A stretch of DNA of 32,000 bases from contig OY969902.1 in NCBI GenBank assembly GCA_963704435.1, forward strand, positions 420,001 to 452,000, in the 5' to 3' direction. A model generated the notes under the pieces. That model saw only the letters and a program-made list of their open reading frames with translations, did not search any database and had not been told where the DNA came from. Both the position numbers and the translations under genes were made by a program. The DNA comes from an uncultured archaeon. GTDB taxonomy: Archaea; Micrarchaeota; Micrarchaeia; Micrarchaeales; CABMGC01. Positions 16,969-25,931 of this stretch are shown piece by piece; positions within the stretch are counted from its first letter, which is position 1, and every line of letters starts with the position of its first letter.

Positions 16969-18681
16969 TTATCCCGCGCGCGTGCCGTTGCTGGCGTTTA
17001 CGTAATAGAGATCCGTCAGGGACGACTGCGCAGCGTCCACCTCCTGCTCGGGAATGCCGGTGGGGACTGGGGACAGGACAAGCCCCCAGCCGCAAGCGGA
17101 TGGCCAGCCGTCCATCGGAGCGGGATAGGCGGGATATCGCGGGAAAAGCACATATGACCCTGCCGGGATGTCGTGGCAGTCGGTAATGCCGTCGTAATCG
17201 TACATGAACCTGCTCAGGTTGTCGAAACCCATATAGACCGAGAGGTCCCCGTAACCGCTGTCGGCGTATATGCGCGTGGTGTTCGGCAGCGGATTGAGGT
17301 AGTTCGCCGCCTGGATCTCCGAGTACTGGCCTGCGACTGCGACGCCGTGCGAATATGCTATGGATGGAATCGCGGTGGCGGCAAGGAACAGCACGACAAG
17401 CGAGCAGGCGACGATCGCTGCACGGCGCAGCGCCTTCTTCGAACTCCTTACGACCGCGAAGAGCGCGGAGGCGATCAGTATCACAAGCGGATACGCCACG
17501 AGAGTGAGGTACCTGTCAAGCCTGTGCGACAGGATGTAGCTGAACGGATTGAGGCCCACGTGCTGCGGGCCGAATTCCAGATATGCGACTCCGACGATGA
17601 ACCAGAAAAGCAGGAAGTACGCCCTCTTGTCCCTCTTGAATGCGAGATACAGGGCGGCTAGGACGAAGGCGTAGAAATAGAATCCTACAGAATTCGTGTT
17701 CGCCCATATCTGCTGCAGGCCGACGCCGTGCCCCGAGACGCCGCTGTACAGCTTGCCCGCGATCCCGTAGGGGAACATCACCCCCGGATAGAACGCGAGC
17801 GTTATGCCGACGGGCATGGGCAGCAGGTCGGGCCTCCAGGTCTGGCCATAGTAGGCCACGTTCGACGTGAAGGTTATCAGGGGAGACCCGCAGTTGACAT
17901 AGTTGAACAGGAGCAGCAGCCCGATCGCCGCGACGAATCCGTAGATGAAGAACAGGGTCGTCCTGTTCACAGATATCTTCCTGCGGAGCAGCTCGACGAG
18001 GAGGAACAGGCCGACTACTATCCAGAGCACGAACCCCTCGGGTATCGTGAGAGGCGGCGCGACCAGCGCAGCCCCGGCTGCGAAGTACCATGCCTTCGAG
18101 TTCTTCTTCAGCGCCTTGATGAGCAGGAGGGCCGCCAGGCCGACGAAGAACATCATCGGTATGTTGTCGCTCATCGTCACGGCGTACATGGCGCCGAGGG
18201 GGAAGATTGCGAGGAGGAACGCGGCCAGCAGGCCCACGCGCTCGTCGTAGATCTCCTTCCCTATCAGGAACGCGAGCGCCACTGAGAGCGCGAACGTCGT
18301 TATGTCCCATGCTGCGCTCGTCAGTCTGCCGGCTCCGAAGAGCGCATAGAAGAAGCCTATCGGTATTATGTGAAGTATCCTTATCGAGAGTATGTCTCCC
18401 GTGTTCTGCACGAACGTGCCGCTAGCGGCATAATGGGCGAAGAAGGAGTAGGCGATGTCGTCACCCATATGGCTGGGCCCTATGACAAACAGCACGGAGT
18501 AGGCGATGGAGCACAGGACAATCAGCGCCAGTAGCGCGGGCACGACCCACTCCCGCTTGCGTTTTCTCCTAGCCAGGCAAACACCAAACTTAAGCTTATG
18601 GGATGGCACACTATAAATCTTTTGCAGTGCTGGCGCAGGAATTATTAACAGCGGGGTCGCATAGGTCTGTGATGAGGCCAT
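16969..18681 (-). CDS. Polytopic GT39/ArnT-like glycosyltransferase-type membrane protein; true start probably downstream of the first Met
   Basis: Many TM segments, YSFFAHYAASGTFVQNTGDILSIRILHIIPIGFFYALFG, EIYDERVGLLAAFLLAIFPLGAMYAVTMSDNIPMMFF. The nominal start overlaps the divergent apt gene. Confidence 0.6.
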   Translation of the reverse strand: MASSQTYATPLLIIPAPALQKIYSVPSHKLKFGVCLARRKRKREWVVPALLALIVLCSIAYSVLFVIGPSHMGDDIAYSFFAHYAASGTFVQNTGDILSIRILHIIPIGFFYALFGAGRLTSAAWDITTFALSVALAFLIGKEIYDERVGLLAAFLLAIFPLGAMYAVTMSDNIPMMFFVGLAALLLIKALKKNSKAWYFAAGAALVAPPLTIPEGFVLWIVVGLFLLVELLRRKISVNRTTLFFIYGFVAAIGLLLLFNYVNCGSPLITFTSNVAYYGQTWRPDLLPMPVGITLAFYPGVMFPYGIAGKLYSGVSGHGVGLQQIWANTNSVGFYFYAFVLAALYLAFKRDKRAYFLLFWFIVGVAYLEFGPQHVGLNPFSYILSHRLDRYLTLVAYPLVILIASALFAVVRSSKKALRRAAIVACSLVVLFLAATAIPSIAYSHGVAVAGQYSEIQAANYLNPLPNTTRIYADSGYGDLSVYMGFDNLSRFMYDYDGITDCHDIPAGSYVLFPRYPAYPAPMDGWPSACGWGLVLSPVPTGIPEQEVDAAQSSLTDLYYVNASNGTRAG

Positions 18682-19207
18682 GATGGACGCCGAGACTGTG
18701 CTGAAGGGGAAGATAATGGAATTGCCGGACTACCCGAAGAAAGGGGTCGTCTTCAGGGACATAACTCCGATGCTCAAGGACAGGGTAGCGTTCCGGCTCT
18801 GCGTGGACGAGCTGGCGAGGAGGCTTGACGCGGACGGCATAGACTACGTGGTGGGCATAGAGTCGCGCGGATTCATAGTGGGCGCGGCGCTCGCCTACGT
18901 TTTGGGAAAGGGGTTCGTGCCAATAAGGAAGAAGGGCAAGCTACCGCGCAGGACGGTCAGCATCGACTACGAGCTGGAGTACGGGAACGAGACGATCGAG
19001 GTGCACGAGGACTCCGTGGAGAAGGGGAGCCGGGTGCTTATAGCCGACGACCTGCTCGCGACCGGCGGAACGGCCGCCGCGGCCGCCGACCTGATGCGCA
19101 AGCTAGGGGCGGACGTGGTCGGCTTCGCGTTCCTCGTGGAACTCGGTTACCTAAAGGGAGCGGATAGGCTGAACGGCGCCAAGATGACGGCTCTGGTCAC
19201 CTACTGA
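18680..19207 (+). CDS. apt: Adenine phosphoribosyltransferase
   Basis: MELPDYPKKGVVFRDITPMLKDRVAFRLCVDELARRL...VVGIESRGFIVGAALAYVLGKGFVPIRKKGKLPRRTVSIDYELEYG...VLIADDLLATGGTAAAAADLMRKLGADVVGFAFLVEL. Confidence 0.95.
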   Translation: MMDAETVLKGKIMELPDYPKKGVVFRDITPMLKDRVAFRLCVDELARRLDADGIDYVVGIESRGFIVGAALAYVLGKGFVPIRKKGKLPRRTVSIDYELEYGNETIEVHEDSVEKGSRVLIADDLLATGGTAAAAADLMRKLGADVVGFAFLVELGYLKGADRLNGAKMTALVTY

Positions 19208-19245
19208 ACGGCCGTATTGCCGTCGAGCGTATCGCTCAGCGTAAC

Positions 19246-19255
19246 GTATATAAAC
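19246..19255 (+). promoter_or_regulatory. TATA-like box (gtatataaac) upstream of 23S rRNA
   Basis: Archaeal TATA-like sequence in an intergenic region ~110 bp before the mature 23S 5' end. Confidence 0.45.
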
Positions 19256-19317
19256 ATGCTTAGCCATATTATCTGCTGGTGCTTTAATGCACGTGCCGAG
19301 CTTATAGAGGCCTTTTT

Positions 19318-22294
19318 GAGAGCAAGAGCTCTAATTTTTGCTTGATGAAATACTAAGTTAGGTTTAACTACCTACTAGGCCCGCTCGCCGTCTGCACCGA
19401 TGAGATTGCATTTCTGCAATTGATTTGAGGAGAAGCAAGCTTGTAATTAATATAAGCCATCTGGGGGATGACTAGGCTCCGGTAGCGAAGAAGGTCGTGG
19501 CAAGCTGCGATAAGCCTGGGGTAGGTGCAAGTCAACCTTTGAACCCAGGATAACCGAATCGTGCACTATGAATAGTGGTGCATGCGCACGCGGGGAACTG
19601 AAGCATCTTAGTACCCGCAGGAAAAGAAATCGAATGAGATGTCGTTAGTAACGGCGAGTGAAAGCGACACAGGGCAAGCCGAATCGCGCTGTGCAAACGG
19701 CGCGGGATGTGGTGCAGGCGCTTAGCGCGCGCACGAGCCGAACGCTCTGGAAAGAGCGGCCATAGAGAGTGACAGCCTCGTAGGCGTAGTGCGTGCGGTA
19801 TTGCCTGTAAGAGAGTAGCGCAGCCTTAGTACGTTGCGTGAACATGGGGGCATTAGACTCCAACCCTAAATATTGACCGGAGACCGATAGCGAATAAGTA
19901 GCACGAGCGAACGTTGAAAAGAACCCACACGAGTGGGTCGTGAAATAGATCTGAAACCAGGTGGTTACAAGAAGATGCGGCATGAGCGTTAAAGCGCACG
20001 AAGTGAAAGCGCGAGAGCGCCGAACGATATGCGTGAGCAGTGTCGCATCCTTCTTCTTGAAGCAAGAGCCAGGGAGTGTATGGCAGTGGCAAGCGTATAG
20101 CGTAGCGAAAGCGAGTGTGCTTGTGCACAGGGTGCGAAAGCGCCTAAGTCACTGTCTTACGACCCGAAGCCATTGTGAACTACTCGCGGGCAGGGCGAAG
20201 TTGAGTTGACGCTCGATGGAGGCCCGCAACCTGTCATGGTGTATCCTGTTGGGTGACCTGCGAGTAGGGGCGATAGACCATTCGAACATGGCAATAACGG
20301 GTCCCCTTCGAAGTATCTTTAGGATAGCCCGGGGCCAGCTCGCACATGCGGTAGAGCGACCGATTTTCTGGTTGGAGCCGAAAGGCTTCGCCTTAGAGTC
20401 AAACTCCGAATGCATGTGCTGCGTATAACCCCGGAGTCGGCGTGTGTTGGGTAAGCTAGCACCGCGAGACTTAAACGAGAGTGACTGAGGTTAAGGTCCC
20501 TAAATCCTAGTTAAGTGTGTTGAAGGAGGGTTCTGTCTTAGACAGTCGGGAGGTAGGCTTAGAAGCAGCCACCCTTTAAAAAACGCGTAACAGCGTACCG
20601 ATTGAGACAGGACTCTCTGAAGATGGACGGGGCTAAACTAGGTACCGAGACCCCAGCGTGCGAAAGCATGGGTAGAGGGGCGTGCTGCGCGGCAAGAAGT
20701 ACGGGCCTGAGCCCGCATGGACTGCGCAGCAGTGAAAATCCTGGTGTTAGTAATAGCAAATACGGGAAAGAATCCCGTACGCCGGAAGCACACGGTTTTC
20801 CCCGAAATGATCGTCAGCGGGGAGTTAGCCGATCCTAAGGGGGGAGCCAATCACTACCCTCCAAAAGGGAAGCATGTTAAAATTCATGCGCCTAGCGCGT
20901 AGGCGTGGCAACACAAGGCGTATTTCTGAAGCTTGGGGATAGGTCTTCATCAAGTGCAAAGGGCTGTGGAGTCTCATTATGAGGAGAAACAGCCAAATGA
21001 ACTCTGACCAAATTCCTGAGCCCGTGAAAAGGGAATACGCATCGATCGCGTTAGTTCGTACCTAGAACCAGTACAGGTGCTGCTGGCTGAAAAGGCCAAG
21101 GCGTGCCAAGGTTAAATCAGGTTAGGGAAATCGGCAAGTTAGTGGCGTAAGTTTTCGATAAGCCATGTCTGTGCTTAGTAAGCGCAGATTGCAATAACTC
21201 GGGGGGGACAACTGTTTCTTTAAAACACAACTCACCGCAAAGCCGTAAGGCTTAGTACAGTGGGTGACGCCTGCTCACCGCTAGTACGCGAAACCCCGTT
21301 TCAACGGGACTAAGCGCTAGCAAAGAGCGGGGGTAACTCTGACCCTCTTAAGGTAGCGTAATACCTCGTCGCTTAATAGGCGACTTGCATGAAGGGCGTA
21401 ATGATCCCCCCACTGTCCCAATCTGGTGCTTGGTGAACTCACTACGCGGTGAACATGCCGCGTACTTTCAGTGGGAAATGAAGTCTCCATGAAGCTTGAC
21501 TATAGCCTGTTGTTGTTGTGTGGCGGACGCTGCAGAGCGTAAGTGGGAGCGTCGAAGCGCGGGTCTCGGCTCGCGTGGAGCGACAATGTAACACCACTCT
21601 TCGCCCGCTACGCGACTAACTGGATGCAGGACAGCTGCAGGTGGATAGTTAGACTGGGCGGTTGCTTTCGATAAGGAAACGAAAGTGACCAATGCTCTGC
21701 TTAGGTGAGTTGGAAACTCACCGTTAAGCTAAAAGGCAAATGCAGGGCTGACTGCGCGTCGAAAAGCGGGACGCGCAGACTGGAAACAGGGGCTTACCGA
21801 GCGTTGGTAGCTCTTTTAATGGGGCTCCAACCTGTCAGAAAAGTTACTCTGGAGGTAACCGGTTCGTGGCTGGTGAGAGTTCACATCGACCCAGCCGTTT
21901 GATACACCGATATGGACTTATGTCATCCTGGTAGTGCAAAAGCCACCAAGGGCCGGGCTGCTCGCCCGTTAAAGACATACATGAGTTGAGTTAAGTCCGC
22001 CGCGAGGCAGGACGGTAAAATCTACTGGAAGTGTTAGTGTCAGAGGATAAGGTGCTCCTAGTACGAGAGGAATGTAGCACCGGCGCCTCTAGTTTACCGG
22101 TTGTGCAGAGCATTGCCGGGTAGCCACGCGCTAAGGGATAAGTCCTGAAAGCATCTAAGGACGAAGCCCAATCCGAAACGAGACACTATGGCGGTCGTAT
22201 TACACGACTTCGATAGGGTGGGCGTGTAAGCAGAAAGCGCAAGCGATCTGCGAGCGCACCACTACTAAAGCCTAATGTTACAAGCTTGCTTCTC
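19318..22294 (+). other. Candidate pre-23S processing stem: GAGAGCAAG (19318-19326) with CTTGCTTCTC (22285-22294)
   Basis: Complementary arms immediately outside the mature 23S ends, one bulged base, followed by a T-rich tract (22290-22318). Confidence 0.45.
19356..22276 (+). rRNA. rrl: 23S ribosomal RNA (boundaries approximate)
   Basis: Recognisable segments: acgccccg-type GACTAGGCTCCGGTAGCGAAGAAGG, AGTAACGGCGAGTGAAAG, GACCCTCTTAAGGTAGCGTAATACCTCGTCGCTTAAT, sarcin-ricin loop CTCCTAGTACGAGAGGA. Terminal helix TTAGGTTT (19358-19365) pairs with AAAGCCTAA (22267-22275). Confidence 0.95.
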
Positions 22295-22318
22295 TTTCTT
22301 TTTTGTTTGTTTCCTAAG
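22290..22318 (+). terminator. T-rich terminator-like tract after 23S rRNA
   Basis: ttctctttcttttttgtttgtttcc just after the rRNA 3' flank. Confidence 0.4.
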
Positions 22319-22344
22319 TCATAGCTGAGCGCGTCTCATCTAGA

Positions 22345-22731
22345 CTAACATTCAATCACAGAGATGTCCAATTTTCTTGCGGTTCTAGCCTGAAATCTGT
22401 CGGACGTCACAAATTCGTATCCGTTCACCAAGGCTACCGCCAAGAACAAGGCATCGTAAAACGCAATCTTCTCCTTTACTGAAATCTGCAGGGCCCTGAC
22501 TATGCATTCCTTATGATTCACCAGTGTCGCGGCTGACTGATAGAGGGTCAATATCTCCTCGGCATATTTTAGCTCAATCTCCCTCTTGTTTATCTTTTTC
22601 CACAGGGCGTTTCCGAGCTCTTCGATTGCCAGGGAGAGGGTAACTGAACCAAGCAGATACTCCCCTGCCCTCTCCCATCCTGGCTCTTTCGAAAAATATT
22701 TTACGATTGAAGAAGAATCAATGAGTCGCAT
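22345..22731 (-). CDS. vapC: PIN-domain toxin (VapC family)
   Basis: MRLIDSSSIVKYFSKEPG...TLSLAIEELGNALWKK...IAFYDALFLAVALVNGYEFVTSDRFQARTARKL, with PIN acidic residues. Confidence 0.85.
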   Translation of the reverse strand: MRLIDSSSIVKYFSKEPGWERAGEYLLGSVTLSLAIEELGNALWKKINKREIELKYAEEILTLYQSAATLVNHKECIVRALQISVKEKIAFYDALFLAVALVNGYEFVTSDRFQARTARKLDISVIEC

Positions 22732-22951
22732 ATCTATCCTCCCTTACGGAGTCCGCTGCGAACCCCTTTTTGGAAGGAGTTACCCTCTTTTCAACTATCT
22801 CTCTCAATCTAAGCATGGCCTCTCTAGACATCTCCGCTTTTGCGAGATTCTCCAGATATCTGCCCACTAATTTTGATAGATTTGCCCTTCTTCGAGATAA
22901 CGCCTTTTTTACATCCTTGTTAACCCTGACGCTTATTACTTCGGTCTTCAT
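22718..22951 (-). CDS. vapB: VapB-like antitoxin (start at MKTEVISVRVNKDV; longer ORF begins 23023)
   Basis: N-terminal beta-strand-like VISVRVNKDVKKAL followed by LSKLVGRYLENLAKAEMSREAM, directly upstream of and overlapping vapC. Confidence 0.7.
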   Translation of the reverse strand: MKTEVISVRVNKDVKKALSRRRANLSKLVGRYLENLAKAEMSREAMLRLREIVEKRVTPSKKGFAADSVREDRYATH

Positions 22952-23145
22952 AGCTATCACATAACTTTGCGCAAGAACGTTTATAAACTTAAGTATACAT
23001 CTGTAAACATTTGCGGCATTCAAGCGAACAGCTGCAGAACAATCCTATCAGGCTTCTTCTCTTCCTTTTTTGTTTTTTAAAGGCTTAGCGGAAGCCATGC
23101 CCGGAAAACCTTATAAGTATTAAAAAGTCTTGTCTAAGGGATTGA

Positions 23146-24444
23146 ATGAGGAAGGGCCAGCTCAAAGAGGGCAGGAAGGTCTCCCTTTACGGCTACTGGG
23201 AGGACATACGCGACCTCGGAGGGATAAAGTTCCTTATATTCCGGGACAACGAAGGGAAACTGCAGGTCACGCTTAACAGGAACATCATAGGGGAGAAGCT
23301 TGTCGATCAGATACTCTCGACCCCGCGCGAATCCGTGATAAAGATAGTTGGCACGGCCAAGGCGGAGCCTAGGGCGCCCAGGGGCATGGAGATTGTTCCG
23401 ATAAAGTACGAGGTCATATCCGAGGCGGAGAAGAACCTGCCCATAGACGTGAACAAGAAGAACGTCAGCAGCTTCGACCTCCGGCTGGACTGGCGCTTCC
23501 TGGACCTCAGGACCCACAAGAGCAAGCTGATATTCCTGATCTCGTCGGATTTCGAGAGGTGGCTCAGGGACTACTTCTACAGGAAGGGAGTTATCGAGGT
23601 GCACACGCCGAAGCTGATGGGGGCCCCGTCCGAGTCGGGCGCCGAGATGTTCAGGGTGGAATATTTCAACAAGGTCGCATATCTCGCGCAGTCGCCGCAG
23701 TTCTACAAGCAGATGGCCATATGCGCTGGCTTCGAGAAGGTCTTCGAGATAGGGCCTGTGTTCAGGGCCGAGCCATCGTTCACTGCGAGGCACGTCACGG
23801 AGTTCACGTCGGTCGACATGGAGATGGCGCACATAAAATCGGTAAAGGACGTGATGCGCTTCCAGGAGAAATGGCTTGCATACGCGCTTTCGAAAGTGAA
23901 GAGCAAGTGGGGCGACACCATAAAGAAGGAGTTCGGCGTCGAGGTCACAGTGCCGAAGCTGCCCTTCCCCCGGATCACCATGGCCGAGGCGCATGAGATA
24001 CTGGGCGCGAGCGGGAAGAAGTACACCGAAAACGAGGACATCTCGAACGCGGACGAGGCGCTGGTGTCCGAGTACGTGAAGAACAAGTTCGGGCACGATT
24101 TCGTGTTCGTCACGGACTACCCCTGGGCGGTGAGGCCTTTCTACCACATGAGGAAGAAAGGCAACAAGAACGTTACGCTGAGCTACGACCTGCTGTACAA
24201 GGGACTTGAGATAACGACAGGATCGCAGAGGGAGCACAGGCACCGCATCCTGGTGGAGCAGGCGAAGGAGAAGGGCCTTGATACCGAAAAGCTTGAGTTC
24301 TACCTCAACTTCTTCAGGTACGGGGCGCCTCCGCACGGGGGGCTCGGCCTGGGGCTTGCGAGAACGGTCAGGCAGATGCTCGGCATGGAGAGCGTCCAGG
24401 AAGTGACGCTTGTACCGAGAGATCCAAACCGGCTATACCCCTGA
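23146..24444 (+). CDS. aspS: Aspartyl-tRNA synthetase, archaeal type
   Basis: VSLYGYWEDIRDLGGIKFLIFRDNEGKLQVT...RLDWRFLDLRTHKS...YLAQSPQFYKQMAICAGFEKVFEIGPVFRAEPSFTARHVTEFTSVDMEMA...GLEITTGSQREHRH...FYLNFFRYGAPPHGGLGLGLARTVRQML. Confidence 0.95.
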   Translation: MRKGQLKEGRKVSLYGYWEDIRDLGGIKFLIFRDNEGKLQVTLNRNIIGEKLVDQILSTPRESVIKIVGTAKAEPRAPRGMEIVPIKYEVISEAEKNLPIDVNKKNVSSFDLRLDWRFLDLRTHKSKLIFLISSDFERWLRDYFYRKGVIEVHTPKLMGAPSESGAEMFRVEYFNKVAYLAQSPQFYKQMAICAGFEKVFEIGPVFRAEPSFTARHVTEFTSVDMEMAHIKSVKDVMRFQEKWLAYALSKVKSKWGDTIKKEFGVEVTVPKLPFPRITMAEAHEILGASGKKYTENEDISNADEALVSEYVKNKFGHDFVFVTDYPWAVRPFYHMRKKGNKNVTLSYDLLYKGLEITTGSQREHRHRILVEQAKEKGLDTEKLEFYLNFFRYGAPPHGGLGLGLARTVRQMLGMESVQEVTLVPRDPNRLYP

Positions 24445-24558
24445 CGGGGTCAGCCTCCTCTCAGGCGAGGCCCTCAATTTCCTGATTGCCTCTCCGAACT
24501 CTTCCTCCTCTGCAGCCTCTTCGATGCTAACCTCAGCTAGCTCAGGCTTAGCTTTCAT
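24433..24558 (-). CDS. Possible small protein (41 aa): MKAKPELAEVSIEEAAEEEEFGEAIRKLRASPERRLTPSGV
   Basis: Not in the supplied track. ATG preceded by ccaGGAGtggacat (Shine-Dalgarno-like at plausible spacing) and by a TTTAAAT TATA-like element about 45 nt upstream. Tail overlaps aspS. Confidence 0.4.
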   Translation of the reverse strand: MKAKPELAEVSIEEAAEEEEFGEAIRKLRASPERRLTPSGV

Positions 24559-24638
24559 ATGTCCACTCCTGGTTTTATTCAGTGGATGGAGGATTTAAAG
24601 GTATCTCCGAAAGTTGTCCGGGGTAGCCGACGGGTTCA

Positions 24639-25931
24639 CTACCTCTTGAGTCTGTCAACCATCTCGTGGACCCGCTTCGCCACGTCCTTCGGATTCAGGT
24701 TGCCCTTCCGCGACAGCTCGCCTATTATGAAATTGAGCGCCTTCTTGTTCTTCTCGGCGTCCTTTATGATGTCGCCGTTCTTCTCTATGAACTCCGCGAT
24801 GAGACTGTCCAGCTCCTTGGGACTCATCTGCTCATGCCTTATTCCGGAGGCCCTTCCCGCCTCGACCTCCTTTATTACCTCTCCGGTGACGACGATGTCC
24901 TTGCCCACGAGCCCGATTATCTCCTCGAAGCTCTTCTCCGACATGTCCTCGCGCTCGTATTTCTTGACCCGCTCCAGCGCGTGGATGACGTTCTTTATGT
25001 CATACCTGTCCTTGAACTTGTCTATCAGCTCCAGGCCCCTCCTGTCGAACATAGTGAGCTCCGTGAACGTCTTCGCGCCGACGCCGTACTTCTTCTCGAA
25101 ACTGAGCGCTATGTCGCTTATGTAGGTGGGCTTCTTGTAGTCCATGCCGCCTAGGTCGAAGGTGGTGAGATCGGGCTCGTACACGTAGCCGTACTCCTCG
25201 TCGGTCTCCTTCTCCCTCAGCGTCTCGGTGGTCTTCCTCTTCTCGTTGTAGCCCCTCGTCTCCTTCGCGATCGTCCCGCCCTCCTTTATTATCCTGCCCT
25301 GCCTCGCGATCTCGTACTTCGTGGCTTCGATCAGGTTCTTGATCCCCGTTATGTTCTTTATCTCGACCCTCGTCTCCGCGAGCGATATGTTGAGGTCGGT
25401 CTTCAGCTCCTTGTTTATGTCAACGCCGAGATAGTAGAGCAGGCTCCTGAGCGTCCTGAGGAAGGCCCACAGCCCTTTCTCGCTGACTATGTCTGGTTCG
25501 GTGACTATCTCGACGAGCGGAGTGCCGCACCTGTTGAAGTCCAAAAGCGTCAGGGCGCCCTCCCTGACTATCTTTGAAGGATCCTCCTCTATCTGCACCC
25601 TCCTTATCCTCACTGTCCCCTCGTCCGTCTGCAGGCGCCCGGCCCCGCCGATGGACCCATCCAGTTGGGTTATCTGGTAGGATTTAGGCAGGTCTGGATA
25701 GAAGTATACCTTTCTCACGAACGAGGCTTTCCTGTTTATCTCGCAGTGCAGCGCGCTGGCTATTCCGAGGGCGGACCTCACCGCCTCCTCGTTGAGCATC
25801 GGCTTGGATCCGGGGAACCCCATGCAGATCGGACATATCTCGGTGTTGGGCGTGTCCGACTCCATGCCGCAGGAGCAGAACAGCTTGGACTTTGTCGGCA
25901 ATGCGACGTGTATCTCTAGTCCTATCTTCAT
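24639..25931 (-). CDS. gatB: Asp-tRNA(Asn)/Glu-tRNA(Gln) amidotransferase subunit B
   Basis: MKIGLEIHVALPTKSKLFCSCGMESDTPNTEICPICMGFPGSKPMLNEEAVRSALGIASALHCEINRKASFVRKVYFYPDLPKSYQITQLDGSIGGAG. Confidence 0.96.
   Translation of the reverse strand: MKIGLEIHVALPTKSKLFCSCGMESDTPNTEICPICMGFPGSKPMLNEEAVRSALGIASALHCEINRKASFVRKVYFYPDLPKSYQITQLDGSIGGAGRLQTDEGTVRIRRVQIEEDPSKIVREGALTLLDFNRCGTPLVEIVTEPDIVSEKGLWAFLRTLRSLLYYLGVDINKELKTDLNISLAETRVEIKNITGIKNLIEATKYEIARQGRIIKEGGTIAKETRGYNEKRKTTETLREKETDEEYGYVYEPDLTTFDLGGMDYKKPTYISDIALSFEKKYGVGAKTFTELTMFDRRGLELIDKFKDRYDIKNVIHALERVKKYEREDMSEKSFEEIIGLVGKDIVVTGEVIKEVEAGRASGIRHEQMSPKELDSLIAEFIEKNGDIIKDAEKNKKALNFIIGELSRKGNLNPKDVAKRVHEMVDRLKR

Noticed and set aside
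19645-19983. ORFs on either strand within 19645-21902
   Set aside because: They lie inside clearly recognisable 23S rRNA and have no protein-like features.
19356-22276. 23S rRNA intron or homing endonuclease
   Set aside because: The length (~2.9 kb) is normal for 23S, and no large insertion or LAGLIDADG ORF is apparent.
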